From NCBI GenBank assembly GCA_905178155.1, contig CAJINV010000007.1, positions 606,358 through 670,357 of the forward strand: a stretch of DNA of 64,000 bases, written 5' to 3'. Each line of letters begins with the position of its first letter. Position 1 is the first letter of the stretch. Positions 45,731-58,400 of the stretch are shown one piece after another. This DNA is from Amoebophrya sp. A120. Lineage: Eukaryota > Protista > Dinoflagellata. The notes under the pieces are model-generated. The model saw only the letters and a program-made list of their open reading frames with translations, was not told the DNA's origin and searched no databases. Made by a program: the position numbers and the translations under genes.

Positions 45731-47121
45731 GTGAAGAAGATGAATAAGGCGAAACAGGCGAAGGTGCTGCGGGACAGCTGTGCCAGGGCGGCCCCCGCCC
45801 GGGGCAGGTCCTCGTTCCCGAAGAAGTTAGCTGGCGCTGCGTTGTTCGCGCACAGCCAGACGGGGTGTGCACCAGGCGCGCACGGGTTTGAGGTGTTGCT
45901 CACCAACCGGAAGAAGGAAAATAAGGTGCACCTCGGCAACATGAAGAAGGAGAATGTTGTATCGCGAGGGAAAATCTTCACCCCTCCCCATACTCACAAT
46001 GCAAATTTGTGATGTTAATTTGTGAGACCACAAATCTAGTCAGCTTTGTCTTGCATATGAGGCATCAAATAGGAGGCGTGTGGCGTATTGCACAGCCAAG
46101 CTGTCATGCGCTTTTGCCTACTGCATCTGCAAAGCTGTCTGTCATGCCTGAGTGCTAAGTAGACTTTTGCATACCTAATCAGGCTCAGCAAATTATGCCT
46201 GCAAGCGCTTACTGCAATACAGCGCTAATTTGTGTACGCAAATCCAGCTACAGAAATTCCCGTTTCGATGTGGGGAGGGGGCTTTTTTCACTTTGATATG
46301 TTGCGGCAGACGAAAAGAAAGTAGAGTCAATTACTTCATCGCTCTCCACCGCCAAGTGCACCACGCTCGCCACCAGCAGCTATTATCATCGGTGCAAACT
46401 ATGCATTGCAAATATGTCTGGGTCTGGAAGGGTGCAAGTTTGTGTTGCTCTGCTAGAATGTCCCGCATCTGTCATGTACGATACCCAAAAGCCCCAATTT
46501 TCTGTCATTCAAAAACGCAGTTTGTCATGCTGAATAGACAACACCTTGCAACTCAGAAACTTGTCACGCTGAGCCGTCATTTGTGGCGTCTTCATGATTC
46601 GGCGGCCAGCGACGTCACAAGTTTCCAGACCCAGACGTATAATTTGCATTTGATACAAACTAGGCACTGACTACGATCCCCTGAAGATCACTTTTTGGAA
46701 GGGAGCGAAGAAAGGCGATGCCGAAAAGTATGCTGAGTTGACAAAAACAGAACCGGAAAACGAGGTGAAGGCTGACTTCTGGAAGACCGATCTTGGATTC
46801 GCTGCGCTGGACACAACGGTGTCAGCGGACTCTGCCTCGAAGCTGTTTGGGCTCCAGTGCGCAAATCATGATAAAGAAAACGAATGGATGTCGTGGGCCT
46901 ACCAGAACGACATGACGGGCTTCAACAATTTCTGGAAGGGCGACAAATATGACGTCCTCGAACTGCAGTGGTGGAGGGCCCCGTGCATCACCAATTGTTT
47001 TTTTGGACATAACCAAAGGGATCGCAAAGGGGGTGAAGTGAAAATTGTCGGCAAGAACTGCGTACCGGCGGAATCCTCCGGAACGGGTGCAGCAGATTCA
47101 TCAGCTTGCATGGGCTGCTGA
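45731..47121 (+). CDS. Hypothetical protein, 2 introners, 5' end unresolved
   Basis: ORF 45731 joins exon 46299-46399 (ENV|AADEKK) and then ORF 46738 (RCK|LGTDYDP) in frame. Confidence 0.75.
45960..46298. mobile_element. Introner family G
   Basis: Family G-like TIRs; TSD tgttg. Confidence 0.88.
46400..46655. mobile_element. Introner family A
   Basis: Family A TIRs; TSD caaac. Confidence 0.92.
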
Positions 47122-48219
47122 ACCTCCAAGACCGGGGGCGACGGAATCAAAAATACAATATTTATCGTCCAAGGTAGTATGTACTAGTACTTTTAATTAG
47201 TACTAGCTAGTACTGTAGAAGAGCAAACCGGGCAGGAAGATAACAAGTAGGTACCAGGCGCCGACGAGGTGGAAACAAGATATGGAATGTGGAAAAAGAA
47301 GCCAAACGAAAAATTGAGTATTTCGATCATACACTCGCGACACTTAGAGGATGAAGAAGGAGACGGTGTTGAAAAGTTATTTCTTGGGAAAAACATGAAT
47401 CGTCGCGGAGAAAATCAGTTTTTGCCTTGTTGTTTTTGCCGTTTTCTACTTTTTTTGACATATTGCATGGTCGACGGCGTAATTGGTTTGGAAACCAATA
47501 CCAAACCAGTACAGCTTTTTCGCCTGAAGAGGCAATTAAGTTTAAAGATGTGGTCCGGTATTCTTTTAACTAAATGTATACAAAGTCATTTTATTTTTCC
47601 CTCTTTTTCGTTTCGTATTCGTTTCTCTTTTTCATGCATATTTTCACGTCGTGGTCGTAGTCCTTCTCAAGTACACCATGAGCACACCACGACGTGAAAA
47701 CGAAAAGAAAGTTTCAGATGAGTACCAAGGTATCCCCTTGTGCTTTTTTGAACCTCCCGACGTGCGGTAACTTAATTTGAATAGTTTAGAAAATATACGT
47801 ATTAAAGTCCCCTGAGATGACTAGCCTGAGTTGCGAGTTGTAATACTATCATCTCTGCGGAAAAACAAATCTGAGGTGAAAGAGCATTCGTTCCTCTTGT
47901 CAAATTTATCGCGAAGCGTTTAGAACAAGGAACACTTGTTTAACATCGTGTTCGTGTGTTCCGATATTGTGGAATGTTTTGAGTCAGCCGAAAAAAACAG
48001 ACTCAAGAAATATCATCATCGCGTTTTTCTTGCCTTCGTACGTTGATGTTTTTTTTCCCACGAGGATCGATTTATATGTTTTACTAGTGCTACAGTCGAG
48101 ACAAACCGAAAGAGAGACTCTTAGGTTCGTTATTTTCCGCATCCGATCGCTCTCTGTCTGTCTGTCGGTCAACCTGTAGTTCTTGTCGTCCTTCGTTCAC
48201 CCCTGTCGTCCTCCGTAGT

Positions 48220-48457
48220 TTGTTCGCCAGCATCACAACTGCAGCATATCATCCTGATTGGAGCATGACAAATTCCGAAATACGAATAGAAAATGCTTCT
48301 TATGGGGCTTTGCATGAGAAACATCATCTTCAGCATGCAAAATTTCATTACAAGCATGGGGTGGGGACGTTTTTACAAAGGATAGACACGCCGCAGTGTT
48401 CTTCTTGAGGCAATTTGTTATGCGAATCATACGGATGCGACCCTTTTGCATTGCATA
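48220..48457. mobile_element. Orphan right halves of a family H element (ends 48384) and a family B-like element (ends 48457)
   Basis: tggggtggggacgtttttacaaaggata and gcgacccttttgcattgcata, with no matching left TIRs. Confidence 0.6.
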
Positions 48458-48524
48458 CCAACTGCGTCGGACTTGTTCCCCTTTGCCCTCCTGAGCTGCT
48501 CCGCTTTTATAACAGCAGCGCGAG

Positions 48525-48811
48525 TATGCATTGCAAACATGCCTGGGCCTGGGAGAATGATCTTGCTTCTAATGCGTCTGCTGGATGACGCGCATGGTCT
48601 CGAATGCACGCAAAAGCATGCAACACAGGCTTTGCCGAGGCCTCTTGAAGATGCCTATTCCGCGTGATCAGTTCCTTAATCTTGTGTGTGCAGCACAAAT
48701 TGGGTGACTTTGGTTTTCATGCAATACAAATTTAAACGCCTCTTCGTCCAGAGGCAGAGTCCGCGCGACAAGTTGGAAATCTTCCAGACCCAAAAATATT
48801 TTCAAGTGATA
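48525..48811. mobile_element. Introner family A, diverged
   Basis: Family A-like TIRs; TSD gcgag/gcgcg. Confidence 0.85.
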
Positions 48812-48992
48812 GCGCGTTTTCCATAGTTTGGTTTTTTTGACGATGGTTGCAGCTTCGTCCACGTACTTCTGCGGAATCCAGGCGCACATCAGCTTGTGGA
48901 CATGTTCTACATCCGGGAGGGAACCATCATACGACTCGGGACCGTAGGCGCGTGCTTCGGCGGGGGCGATCTGTTCATTAGGAGAATGGAAA

Positions 48993-49243
48993 GATTAAGG
49001 ATTTCCATTGCAGTTGCGCCATTTTGTTTGTAGATGCCACGGACCAAGCATCTCGTTTGTAGATGCGACCTCGCCCTGGCACGCAACCTTGTGCTGGCAA
49101 TGCGTGCATGACAAATTCCGGAAATCCAAACAGTACTACATGAAGAACTTGTCATGCACCGGGTCAATCTGTACTGGTGTTTGTAATGCTGTTGATGCCA
49201 TACAAATCCAAATGAGGGGCAGGGGGAGTTGTGCACGTTCATA
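48993..49243. mobile_element. Introner family C with eroded left TIR
   Basis: Intact right family C TIR; left boundary inferred from reading frame (ggaaa/tcaaa). Confidence 0.7.
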
Positions 49244-49435
49244 TCAAATTTTCGTCGTGGATCTTCGCCGCTTCCAGCACCTCATGGTCGATTTTCAGGC
49301 TTTTTTCATTCTCATGAAGGTCGTCGTTGTGGCAGGAGCTTAGCTGCATCGTGTTGAGATGTTGTTGGTCCCCTGCAGCCTCTCCTCGCGCGGCTGCCAC
49401 TGCCAGTTGTGCTACTGCTAAACGACGGACCTGGG

Positions 49436-49506
49436 TATCAAGTGCAAATATGTCTGGGCCTCGAAGAATGCAGACTTGTGATGCTCTTTTTCAGTTACGC
49501 AAAAAA
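49436..49506. mobile_element. Truncated family A element (left end only)
   Basis: tatcaagtgcaaatatgtctgggcctcgaag, no right TIR. Confidence 0.7.
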
Positions 49507-49589
49507 CCTTCGTTCACCCCTGTCGTCCTCCGTAGCTTGTTCATCTCGTGCAAGCACCCCTATAAAAAGATATCTGACTTCAGTTCAAC

Positions 49590-49882
49590 TACATCGGTTG
49601 TAAAAACGTCCCCACCCCAGAGTCGAGATGGTAAATCTGCAATACAAATCTCCAGGAAATGGGAGTTGTGCATGACAAGTTTTCACCTGCAGCAGGGTAG
49701 TGCTGCTTAGCAAGGGAACAAGCCGCATGAGAGAGCCACTTTCTTATCCTGTTTACAGCATTACAAATTTCTTGAAAACACGACTGGAAATGCCCCTCAT
49801 GGAGCTGCGCATTACAACAAATGATTCCGTCATTGCACATTTGCATGACAGCTCTGGGGTGGGTACGTTTTTGCTGATGATA
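49590..49882. mobile_element. Introner family H, left boundary approximate
   Basis: aaaaacgtccccaccccagag / ctctggggtgggtacgttttt..gata; TSD not resolved. Confidence 0.75.
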
Positions 49883-49967
49883 CTGACGGATACCACGGGG
49901 TACTTGATGCCCGCCTACGAGGGCGACCCTCCGAAGGGCTGCACTGTGAAATACCAGACCAGTCACG

Positions 49968-50010
49968 TATCAATTGCAAAAATGTCTGGGTCTGGAAGAT
50001 TGCAACTTGT
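49968..50010. mobile_element. Truncated family A element (left TIR only)
   Basis: Near-consensus left TIR followed by unrelated sequence. Confidence 0.75.
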
Positions 50011-52479
50011 CTGGAAAGGCTGTTGCTGAATATTAAAAACGGGGGATGAAATATTAAACTGTAGTTGCGGAAATCGAAATAATAACCCTGACAGGCCAGA
50101 GCCGACCGACGCAGATAGGGTTGTTCCTTCAGGGTTACTTAATAAGGGGCTTAGGTTAGGGTTTGTATTTTAGCTCTACACTATGAAAAAATCCGGCTGC
50201 AGAACATGTTTTTGCTTTTATCATTTCAAATTCTACGTATGAGTTTCTTCCTTTTTAGTTTTGTAACGACCAGATCGAGATCCATTTTCAAATTCTACGG
50301 TGTGGTCACGACCAGATCGAGATCCAGAACGATTATTCTACCGGTTTTCCTTATTTCTGTCGTTTCGCACCCATTTGAAAGTATTAATGTTTCTTTGCCA
50401 AAAATGTAACAGTTTAGGTTTTTCTTTTTGATTTTGCACCTTCGAAATTTTCGTTTTTTCATTAAGTTCTTTTTGCCTCGTTTCAGTCGTCTCTAGGAGC
50501 AAACTATCGAAGGAGAAGCAGAAAGAAGCTACAACTCGGCTTATTTTTTGAAGCCTCCAATACAACAGTTACAGTAGCCGTACTCGCACGAGAATAATTA
50601 CCTGACCCCCCCTATCATCACGCTGTAGCCCAGTGGGACTGGAGCGCCGCTCTCTTTTTTTCCGGCTTCGCAAATTCATACATTGATTGAGCAACTACTG
50701 GAAGACGAGCGCTAATAGAAATGAATTTGCTTGCCGGGTTATATCTAAGATTGCAATGGCGCGATAGTTTCTTTCGCTTGCCCACCCCATACCCGGACTC
50801 ACTTTTATAGCCTCGGTGGAATGAAAAAAGCCTCCCGAACGAGGAAAGATGTAAAAGAAAGCACTTAGTGCACGTGGGCAGTCGTTCTTCAATTTTTACC
50901 CCCGTAGTTGTTGCAGAGTCGAGGAAGACGGGAAGGAAAGAGCGGAATAGCAACGTTTCGCTTCCCTTCCAGTCTTGCTCGAGCTATCCCGGCTCGGCTC
51001 TGCAACTCTGCAGCGATTATTCTCACAGTAGTAAGTTTTCATTCGATATCGATTCCCAGAAGAGGGAAGCCAAAAGCTATCACTTTCGCACGATGACACC
51101 CTTCGAGGTAGCAGGAGCAGCTCGATTTGCGGCTCGCGAGATTATGGGACAAAGTGAATGCTTATGCTTTCCTCGCAACAGTTTTACCCGACCCGCTGCC
51201 AAAAAAATATCCGCAAAAGATGGAAGCCTCTTCCCAGTGCGGTCCATGAAGATAGGGTAGGCATTGATTGCCACCCGCCCGTGTTCGTTCCGTGCAGAAA
51301 GTTTTTCCCTGCGTATAATGTGGTGTCCTTTATAATTTTGCGACTGTCCTAGTAGTTCTACTGGTTCTTGCTCCCCTCTCCCCTCCCAAATTTCTCTGCA
51401 AGATCGATGAGGAGAGCATGAGCAGGTGTTCAACAGCACTCCAGACAGCGGATGTTGTACTTAGCTGTTTGTTGAAGCTCAAATTAATAAAGCCCAACCG
51501 GCAGACTCAGAAGTCTCAGAAAAGCGGTACAACTACAAGATACGTCGAGCGCGTTTTTAGCTGACACTACGCAGCACTTAATGAGGCTAGGGTCCTGTTT
51601 TATGTTTTTGTTTTATTTAATTATGATGCAGCGGAAATGCTTTGAACAGCGGCACTGAGCAAGATCATCCTGAGTACTAAAAAGTAATTCCTCTGTTTTG
51701 AGATTAAGTTGTGCAGCAGTGCAGCGTGCGGCGTGAATCATATTAGAAAGATAGTTCTTAGCAGCAGCAGCGTGCGACCAAGAAGATGGACGAAGATCAC
51801 GGTCAGGTACGGCCCGAAGATCACCTGGCAAAGGATCTCGTGTAGATCACGATCTAGACAATATATCTCACGCAAGATTTTTCCCTTTGGTTCCTTGGTT
51901 TATCTTTATGTGCATGTTGACCTGCTTAAGTATTTGATTTGTAGTGTTATGCTTTGCTGTTGCTGGGCCTGGGCATATGAGTCCGGTTCGCTAGGTGTGC
52001 GACTTTATTGAGCCAGAATTCATCGAACAATAGGATTCGCAATCACAGCTGCAGTTTCGTTTTGTTACTTGTAGTTTGTCAACCATCAAAATGTCGAAGG
52101 TTCTACTTCCTTTTGTTTCTGCAGGCTATTATGGTTGTTCTCATGCTCGTGCATTATAAAGCAAAGCGAGAGCTGAAACAGCTGCAATTGTAAGCGACAC
52201 AAAAGCTTAACTTTTGATCTACCTATGAATACATTGTTCGTCTTTTTTTGCACGACTTTACCTTTAAATTTGTCTGTGTTTGCTGATATAAGCCCGCTAC
52301 TGCCGTGTAATCTATTATTGCAAAAGTACGTCGTTTAATATTTCTGCGGAAAAAATGCCGGAGGGTTCTTTCGTAAGGCTGTAAAAAGCAGAAGTGAAAG
52401 ACTCAACGACCAGAAGAATATTTTTACAGAGAACCACTCTACTGTTTCTGAAGATGACCACAACATTTACTAGATTAGT

Positions 52480-55400
52480 ATGTCAGAACACCTCCTATTA
52501 AGCTTTGTCGAGGACTACAAAAGCTACGTGAACCACGACGCATTGGACCACCTCAGGGCGCCCTGGACGGCCTCCACCATGGAAGTTTCTCTTTCCTCAT
52601 TCTTCAGCAGCAGCTCAGTTACAGCGGGACAGGACAGCAAGAGCAGGGGAACTTCTACGAGGATTTTTACACGAGACAGCGCAAGAACTACACCTCGAAG
52701 AAGTTGCTGTACCACGACGATAACAAGAGCGTTGAAGAGGAAGAGCACACGGACAAGATCAAGAACCCTGGAAGGAGCGGCAATGAAAACAAAATCCAGG
52801 GCCAGGGGCAACACGAAGGAGATGAAGCTGCATAAGATGCAGCTTCGGACATCACCATTGCTCCACTTGAAACAACTCAAGATGTTGACCATAAGCCTGG
52901 TTAGTTCCCCACTTTTTTGGTCCTCAGCGAGGCCTGCTGATGCAGCGGTATTAACCAAAAATGCCAACACAGAAGTGGACCTACAAGAATATCAAGAAGG
53001 GCAACTAGCAACATCATCATCCTCAAGCGGTAGAGACGAGCAGAGGTCATTTTTGCGAGGAACAAGGTCCTCCAGCTCTAAAAATACCGTTACCGGGGGA
53101 GATTCTACTGAAGGGGACGAAGTGCAACATCAGCAAGACCAGGACTTTCTCGTCCAGCGTTTCCGACGAGAGTGGAAACTGTACCAGGGTTTGTGTCTCT
53201 GGAAATCCGATATAAAAAAATCCCCTTCGACCGCGACGTCTTCATCTAAAATAGATCAACCTGAAACTGAAATAAGTCATCGCGAAGTTGTAGATGTTCT
53301 TGACGAGGCGAATAAAGTAGACGCTGAGGGAACACCAGGAGGCACCACTGCAGGTCATGAAGATGAAGGGCAAGAACTTGCTGTGCGAAATGTTGAAAAA
53401 ATGACACGAGAAGTACACGAAGATCACGATCATGACCGCGAGCTCCTGCACGAGGAGCTGGAATTGGAAAAGAAGCCCGATTTCAGTGTCTTCGGGAGAA
53501 CCCGGCCAAAAGGAACTACAAATGCCGCGATCCGGGCAGCTGAAATTCAAGCGGACAAGCGAGAAAAGGAATCCGCGGCTTTGGCCGGCAGAACCATTCA
53601 CGATTTGCAACGCAGTGCGGTAGCAGAGCTGAAAAAACAGTGGGAAAAGTTGTCGTGGGAATCGAAGATGAAATTGCTTTTCAAGAATAGAGAAATTTTC
53701 GGTGTTTTCTTGCCAGAGTTCATGCGCAAGGACCTCCTTCTCGGGAAAGCGAAAGTTACAACTACCGAGGAGCAAGAACTGGAAAAAAACGCCTTCATCA
53801 TGCCTGACGGGAAAACAACTTCGCCCCCCGAGGATCACTACTATCCCATTGCTCACACACCCACCAGCAGTGTGGGCGACGTCCCCGTCGCCGACGACTG
53901 GTTCTACAACTACCCTGTGGCGCGCACACCCAGCAGTGTGGGCGATTTGGACCACTTCGAACCTGTAGGACGACCGGGTGAAGCTAGTACACATGGAGGG
54001 CCCGACGTCCCCTGGCCAGCGTCCTCCGAAAGACCTTTTGTGGTTCATAATGCTCCAGCAGGTGGTGTTGTTTCCGAGAACTATCTCCTGCCCACTTTAA
54101 TTCACCCGACGACCTGCTGTGTGAATTTTCTGCAGATCATGGGCCCTTGCAGCAATTCTGTTCATGATCCTAGTGCAGCTGCGGTGGACCATTCTTGTAC
54201 CCACGCCGCTGGAATGGGAGCAATGGTTCTGCAGGGTCAACAACCGGATTTTTCCGAAGGCAACTTGCCTAGCTCGCCGGAAAGCAGTTCATCCTGTTGT
54301 TACAAAAGCGGTTCCTGCAGGTCCTCGCTGGAACTGAGTAAGAACGGAGAGGACCACGGAGCGCAGCAACAGCCGGGAAATGCCACCACGACGTCTTCTG
54401 CATCGACGTACTGCCCCAGTCCGGAGATGAAAGACGGCGGAATCACAGTGTTTACACCTCCATTCGTGTCGTGCAACGGGAGCAATTCGACGTCCGCGAC
54501 ACCGAATTCAAGTCCCGTGGCGGAGTCCGCGTTATCCATCCCAGAGGTGGATCACCCGGAACCGGAGCCGGAACGCAACGCCGAAGAGGACCCTGTTGTA
54601 ACGTCGTGCCCGCACTGTGCAGCAGCAAGTGGGACCGCGGCTCTTGTTGCGAATCGTCCTCGCGAAGTAGATCTAGAACAACATATCGCAGCTGTATCAA
54701 ATAAAAGTGACAGCGAGGGCCGGGATAATTCACAGCCGTGGACCGAAATGAAGGTCGTTGAAAGTACGTCCAAAAGAACTAAAGACAAGCGAGTAGTACC
54801 TCCAAAAGTGCCCGAAGTAGAACCACGTCGAAGCCGAAGGGTACAAGGTGCGGCAGAAGCAGGTGGCACAGCGGAGCAGGATGTGGGAGGTTCTCGAAAG
54901 AAGACTTCGATGTTGAAAGCGGCACACCATGTTGCAGACGACCACAGCGGAGGTTCTCGAAATGAAGTCGTGCGACCAGGCGATTATACCAAAAAGCAGG
55001 CACATGCCCCGCCTCTTATTTCACAGGACGTGCCTTGTATTGGTAGCACGACTTCTGCAGCAGCTGCGCCATCTTGTCTGATAGTACCCGACCCGGCAAC
55101 ATTAAAAGGCCGGCAGCAGGAGCGACAGCACCCTGACTCTACAACTAAAGCTGCTGGGACAGACGTGGAGAAAAAATGGAAAGCTGCTCCGCGTGGAAGT
55201 TGTACGAAGACGGATAAAACAAAAACGTCGCCCAGCAAAAGTTCTACTAGCAGCAGCAAGAGTAAGAATCCGTGGAGCGCGTTGATGCTATCGGATGACG
55301 AGGAGGACAGTGGTGAGCCGGCTGCTCTCCCCCTGTCGGGAGACGAGGATGAAACTGAGCCAGGCTTCAGCCGGCAAACGACAACGACGACCAGCGAGCA

Positions 55401-58400
55401 TCCCTCTCCCGACGACAGGGAAGGACCAGAGGAAACGACGGAGAAAGTGCCATGCTGCGTCGACGGCGGTATTCAGGCAAAAACAGAAAAACTACACACA
55501 TCCTGTGCACCACTAGCACTTCCAGAAGATGCTGTGAAAAAGGATGACACGAAAAAGTCCCGGACCTTCGAGGAACCCACTGCATCGCCGATGCCAAAAT
55601 CTACTCCGGCTGCTGCGTCGAATGTTAAAGCGAAGAAGAAGAACGGGAACAAGAGCGGGACGAACAAGCAGGCAGAAGAACAAAGCAAAAGTTCTCGTAC
55701 GCAGATCGCGGCTGACATTTCTTCTCCTACGCGCCACCACACGACCAGCGAAGACGTGTTAATACAGGAAGAAGCCAGCACACTAGCAGGAGAAGAAGTC
55801 ATTGCCGTGAACGATCACGGGATTCCGGAAGTTTTGCCAGGATTGCTGTTTTATCAACTGCAAAAATGTCTGGGTCTGGATGAATGCATGTTCGTCATGC
55901 TTGTCTGGCATGACTCTTAAATCTGTCATGCACATTACCCAAGAGCCGGAGCCCCATTTTTCTGTCATGCAGAGACGCAGCCTGTCATGCAGAATAGGCA
56001 ACACCTGGAAGCTCATAAACTTGTCATGCTGAGCCAGCACTTGTGGCCTCCTCGTGATACGCCACTCAGCATCACAAGTTTCCAGACCCAGACACTTTTG
56101 CATTTGATATGTTTTCCTACAACAAAAGACTCCCACTGACCACCTGGGACGACCCGGTCATTGAGAGATTTTTCAAGGAAATCGAAGCCGAGGCCGAGAA
56201 GATCTTGAATCTGAAAACTTCCAAAAGCACACAGAAGGATATAACCCGCTCAGGTGTTACAATCTCAAACGTTACAATAGAGTTTGCAACTTGTGTTGCA
56301 TGATGCGCATGACTGACTCGCAGAGGGCTCCACTCTCTGCAATACAAATTTCGCCAGATTGTAGTGGGGTTTGGGACTCCGGAGCTTGTCATGCGCAATC
56401 CTATGAGAGTGGGCTAGAACATGCACTCTTGCATCACAGATTTCCATATTCTATTGTAACGTTTGAGATTGTAGCAGCTGAGCGGGTTATAAAGGACCTT
56501 ATCCGCAAGCAGCTGGCGGATAAGAACTACGCGAAGAAAACTTTGCAGGAGCTTTTACCGAAGGCGCGGTGGGAAATTCTAGAGGGAAAGGCACGGCTGG
56601 AAGAGTTTTATTCCAACAAAAAGAGGGAAATAACGGAAAGGCTGACCATTTCTGCACAACAGGGTGATGGACAAGAACACCAGATGACGGTAGACCAACT
56701 CTACGACGCGGCTGTGGCGGAGGCGCGGGATCTCAGCAGCGAGGAAATTGCGGAAAAGATACTAAGACCGGATGTCAAGCGGGCTTTCAGCAAAATTGGG
56801 AATGTCATATCTCGTCAGCGGAACAAAATCCTGCCGCGGGAGTCCGAGGTTATCAAGTATCGCAAGAACAAACTGTTTCACTGTGAACTTGTGATGCATA
56901 GAATGGAGCACAGAACGATTTGTCTTGCTACAGCTGCAAGACATCGGATTTTTAGGCGTGTTTTCCCTGCTTTGGAAGCACGCATGGCAAATTTTCTGTG
57001 TCATGTGTAACAAATTTGTGATGCAGATCTTGCAAAGCCATCACAGTGAAACAGTTTTTTCGTGGGATATCAAGACGGGCGTTTTTAAAGAAGCCAGCAC
57101 CGGGTTGTTGATGTGGGTGGACGTGTATCAAATGCAAAAATGTCTGGGTCTCGAAGAATGCAAGTTTCTCATGCTTGTCGGGCATGACTCGAGAATCTGT
57201 GTTGCATAAAGCACGAAGAAGCCCTCTTACCTGTCATGCAAAAACGCAGTTTGCCATGCGGAATACGTAAGACATGGCAGCCAAAAAATTTGTCATGCAT
57301 AGCTGCGTATTGCAGTGCGTCTATCATTCACTTTTAGCATTACAAGTTTCCAGACCCAGACATATTTGCAATCCATAACGTGGCGGGCAGCAGCGCAGAG
57401 AAAAGACAGACGAAAGCGGGTCTGCAAAGCATGATGCGGGGGAGGATTGTCGTTGAGGTAGACGAAGCGGACGCGGTTTGGTCGAAAGAAAGGATGGAGG
57501 AACGGAAGCAAAGACGGACGGAAGTGGCGTTGGAAGATTCAAAGGTCCAAGAGCAATTGCAGCTGAAAGAAGCGCCAACTACAAAAGACCGTACAACGGC
57601 CCGCGTGGAGCAGCTACAGGCTCCAGCCGACACTACTTCTGCGCACCACGCAGTAGAAGAACCACGGGCAGATGAAGGCTCTGTTGCGGCAGCACCTAGA
57701 AGGGAAGCAGAGATGATGGTGGAGGCAGAGCCGAGTGCGATAAACCGTGGTGATGAAAAAATTGCTTCACAGGTGGACGTTGCTCCACAGGTGGACGAGC
57801 CGGGTAGAAATGTTCAACCACAACCATTACCACCTTCCGCAAGCACTCCTGTCGTCGCACAACTTGGGAAGAAGGCGCAGAGGAAGGCCAAAGCGAAGGC
57901 CCGAGCGAACAACGGCGAGAATAATAACCACACAAATAAATCCGACACAGCTCCTACAACCGCTGCAGACGGAGCTACAGCTGAAGGATCGGAGAGTATG
58001 ACGGGACCACCAACAAAAAAGAGCACAGGTGAAAAAAATCAAATCCGCGAAGTAGTACCTACAAATATGAACAAGCACGGTTTTCCGGAAACCCTTCCCG
58101 CGTTGCTCTATTCTTACGAGCGGTTTCTCCCCTTAACCAGTTGGGACGATCCGAAACTGACGCAAATTTTAGCCGACATCGAGGAACACGCCAACCGGAA
58201 TCTGGGGCGCAAGACCAGCGCTTTGGGGCGCAGTTTGGCGGCGCAACACCAACAACTTCTAACGGGGGCGCAGCAGCAACCAGGTGGAGGTCAACACCAG
58301 CTCGCCCAGCAATGCCGGGGCGGACTCCGGGGGAGCTTCGGGAGCAGCGTGGCGACGAGACAGGCGTTGTCGGAGAAACACTATGCTCAGAAGACGATTG

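Larger units (their letters stand above)
48458..49435 (-). pseudogene. Minus-strand gene fragment (3 exons) bounded by broken introners
   Basis: Spliced frame QVRRLAVAQ..HDENL|NSPNEQIAPA..KLWKTR|AAVIKAEQLRRAKGNKSDAVG; no start or stop could be linked. Confidence 0.55.

Noticed and set aside
48212-48225. Dinoflagellate spliced-leader relic (ccgtag...)
   Set aside because: Only about 6 nt match the DCCGTAGCCATTTTGGCTCAAG leader; the rest does not.
50146-50165. Telomere-like ttaggttagggttt
   Set aside because: Fewer than three units; compatible with chance.
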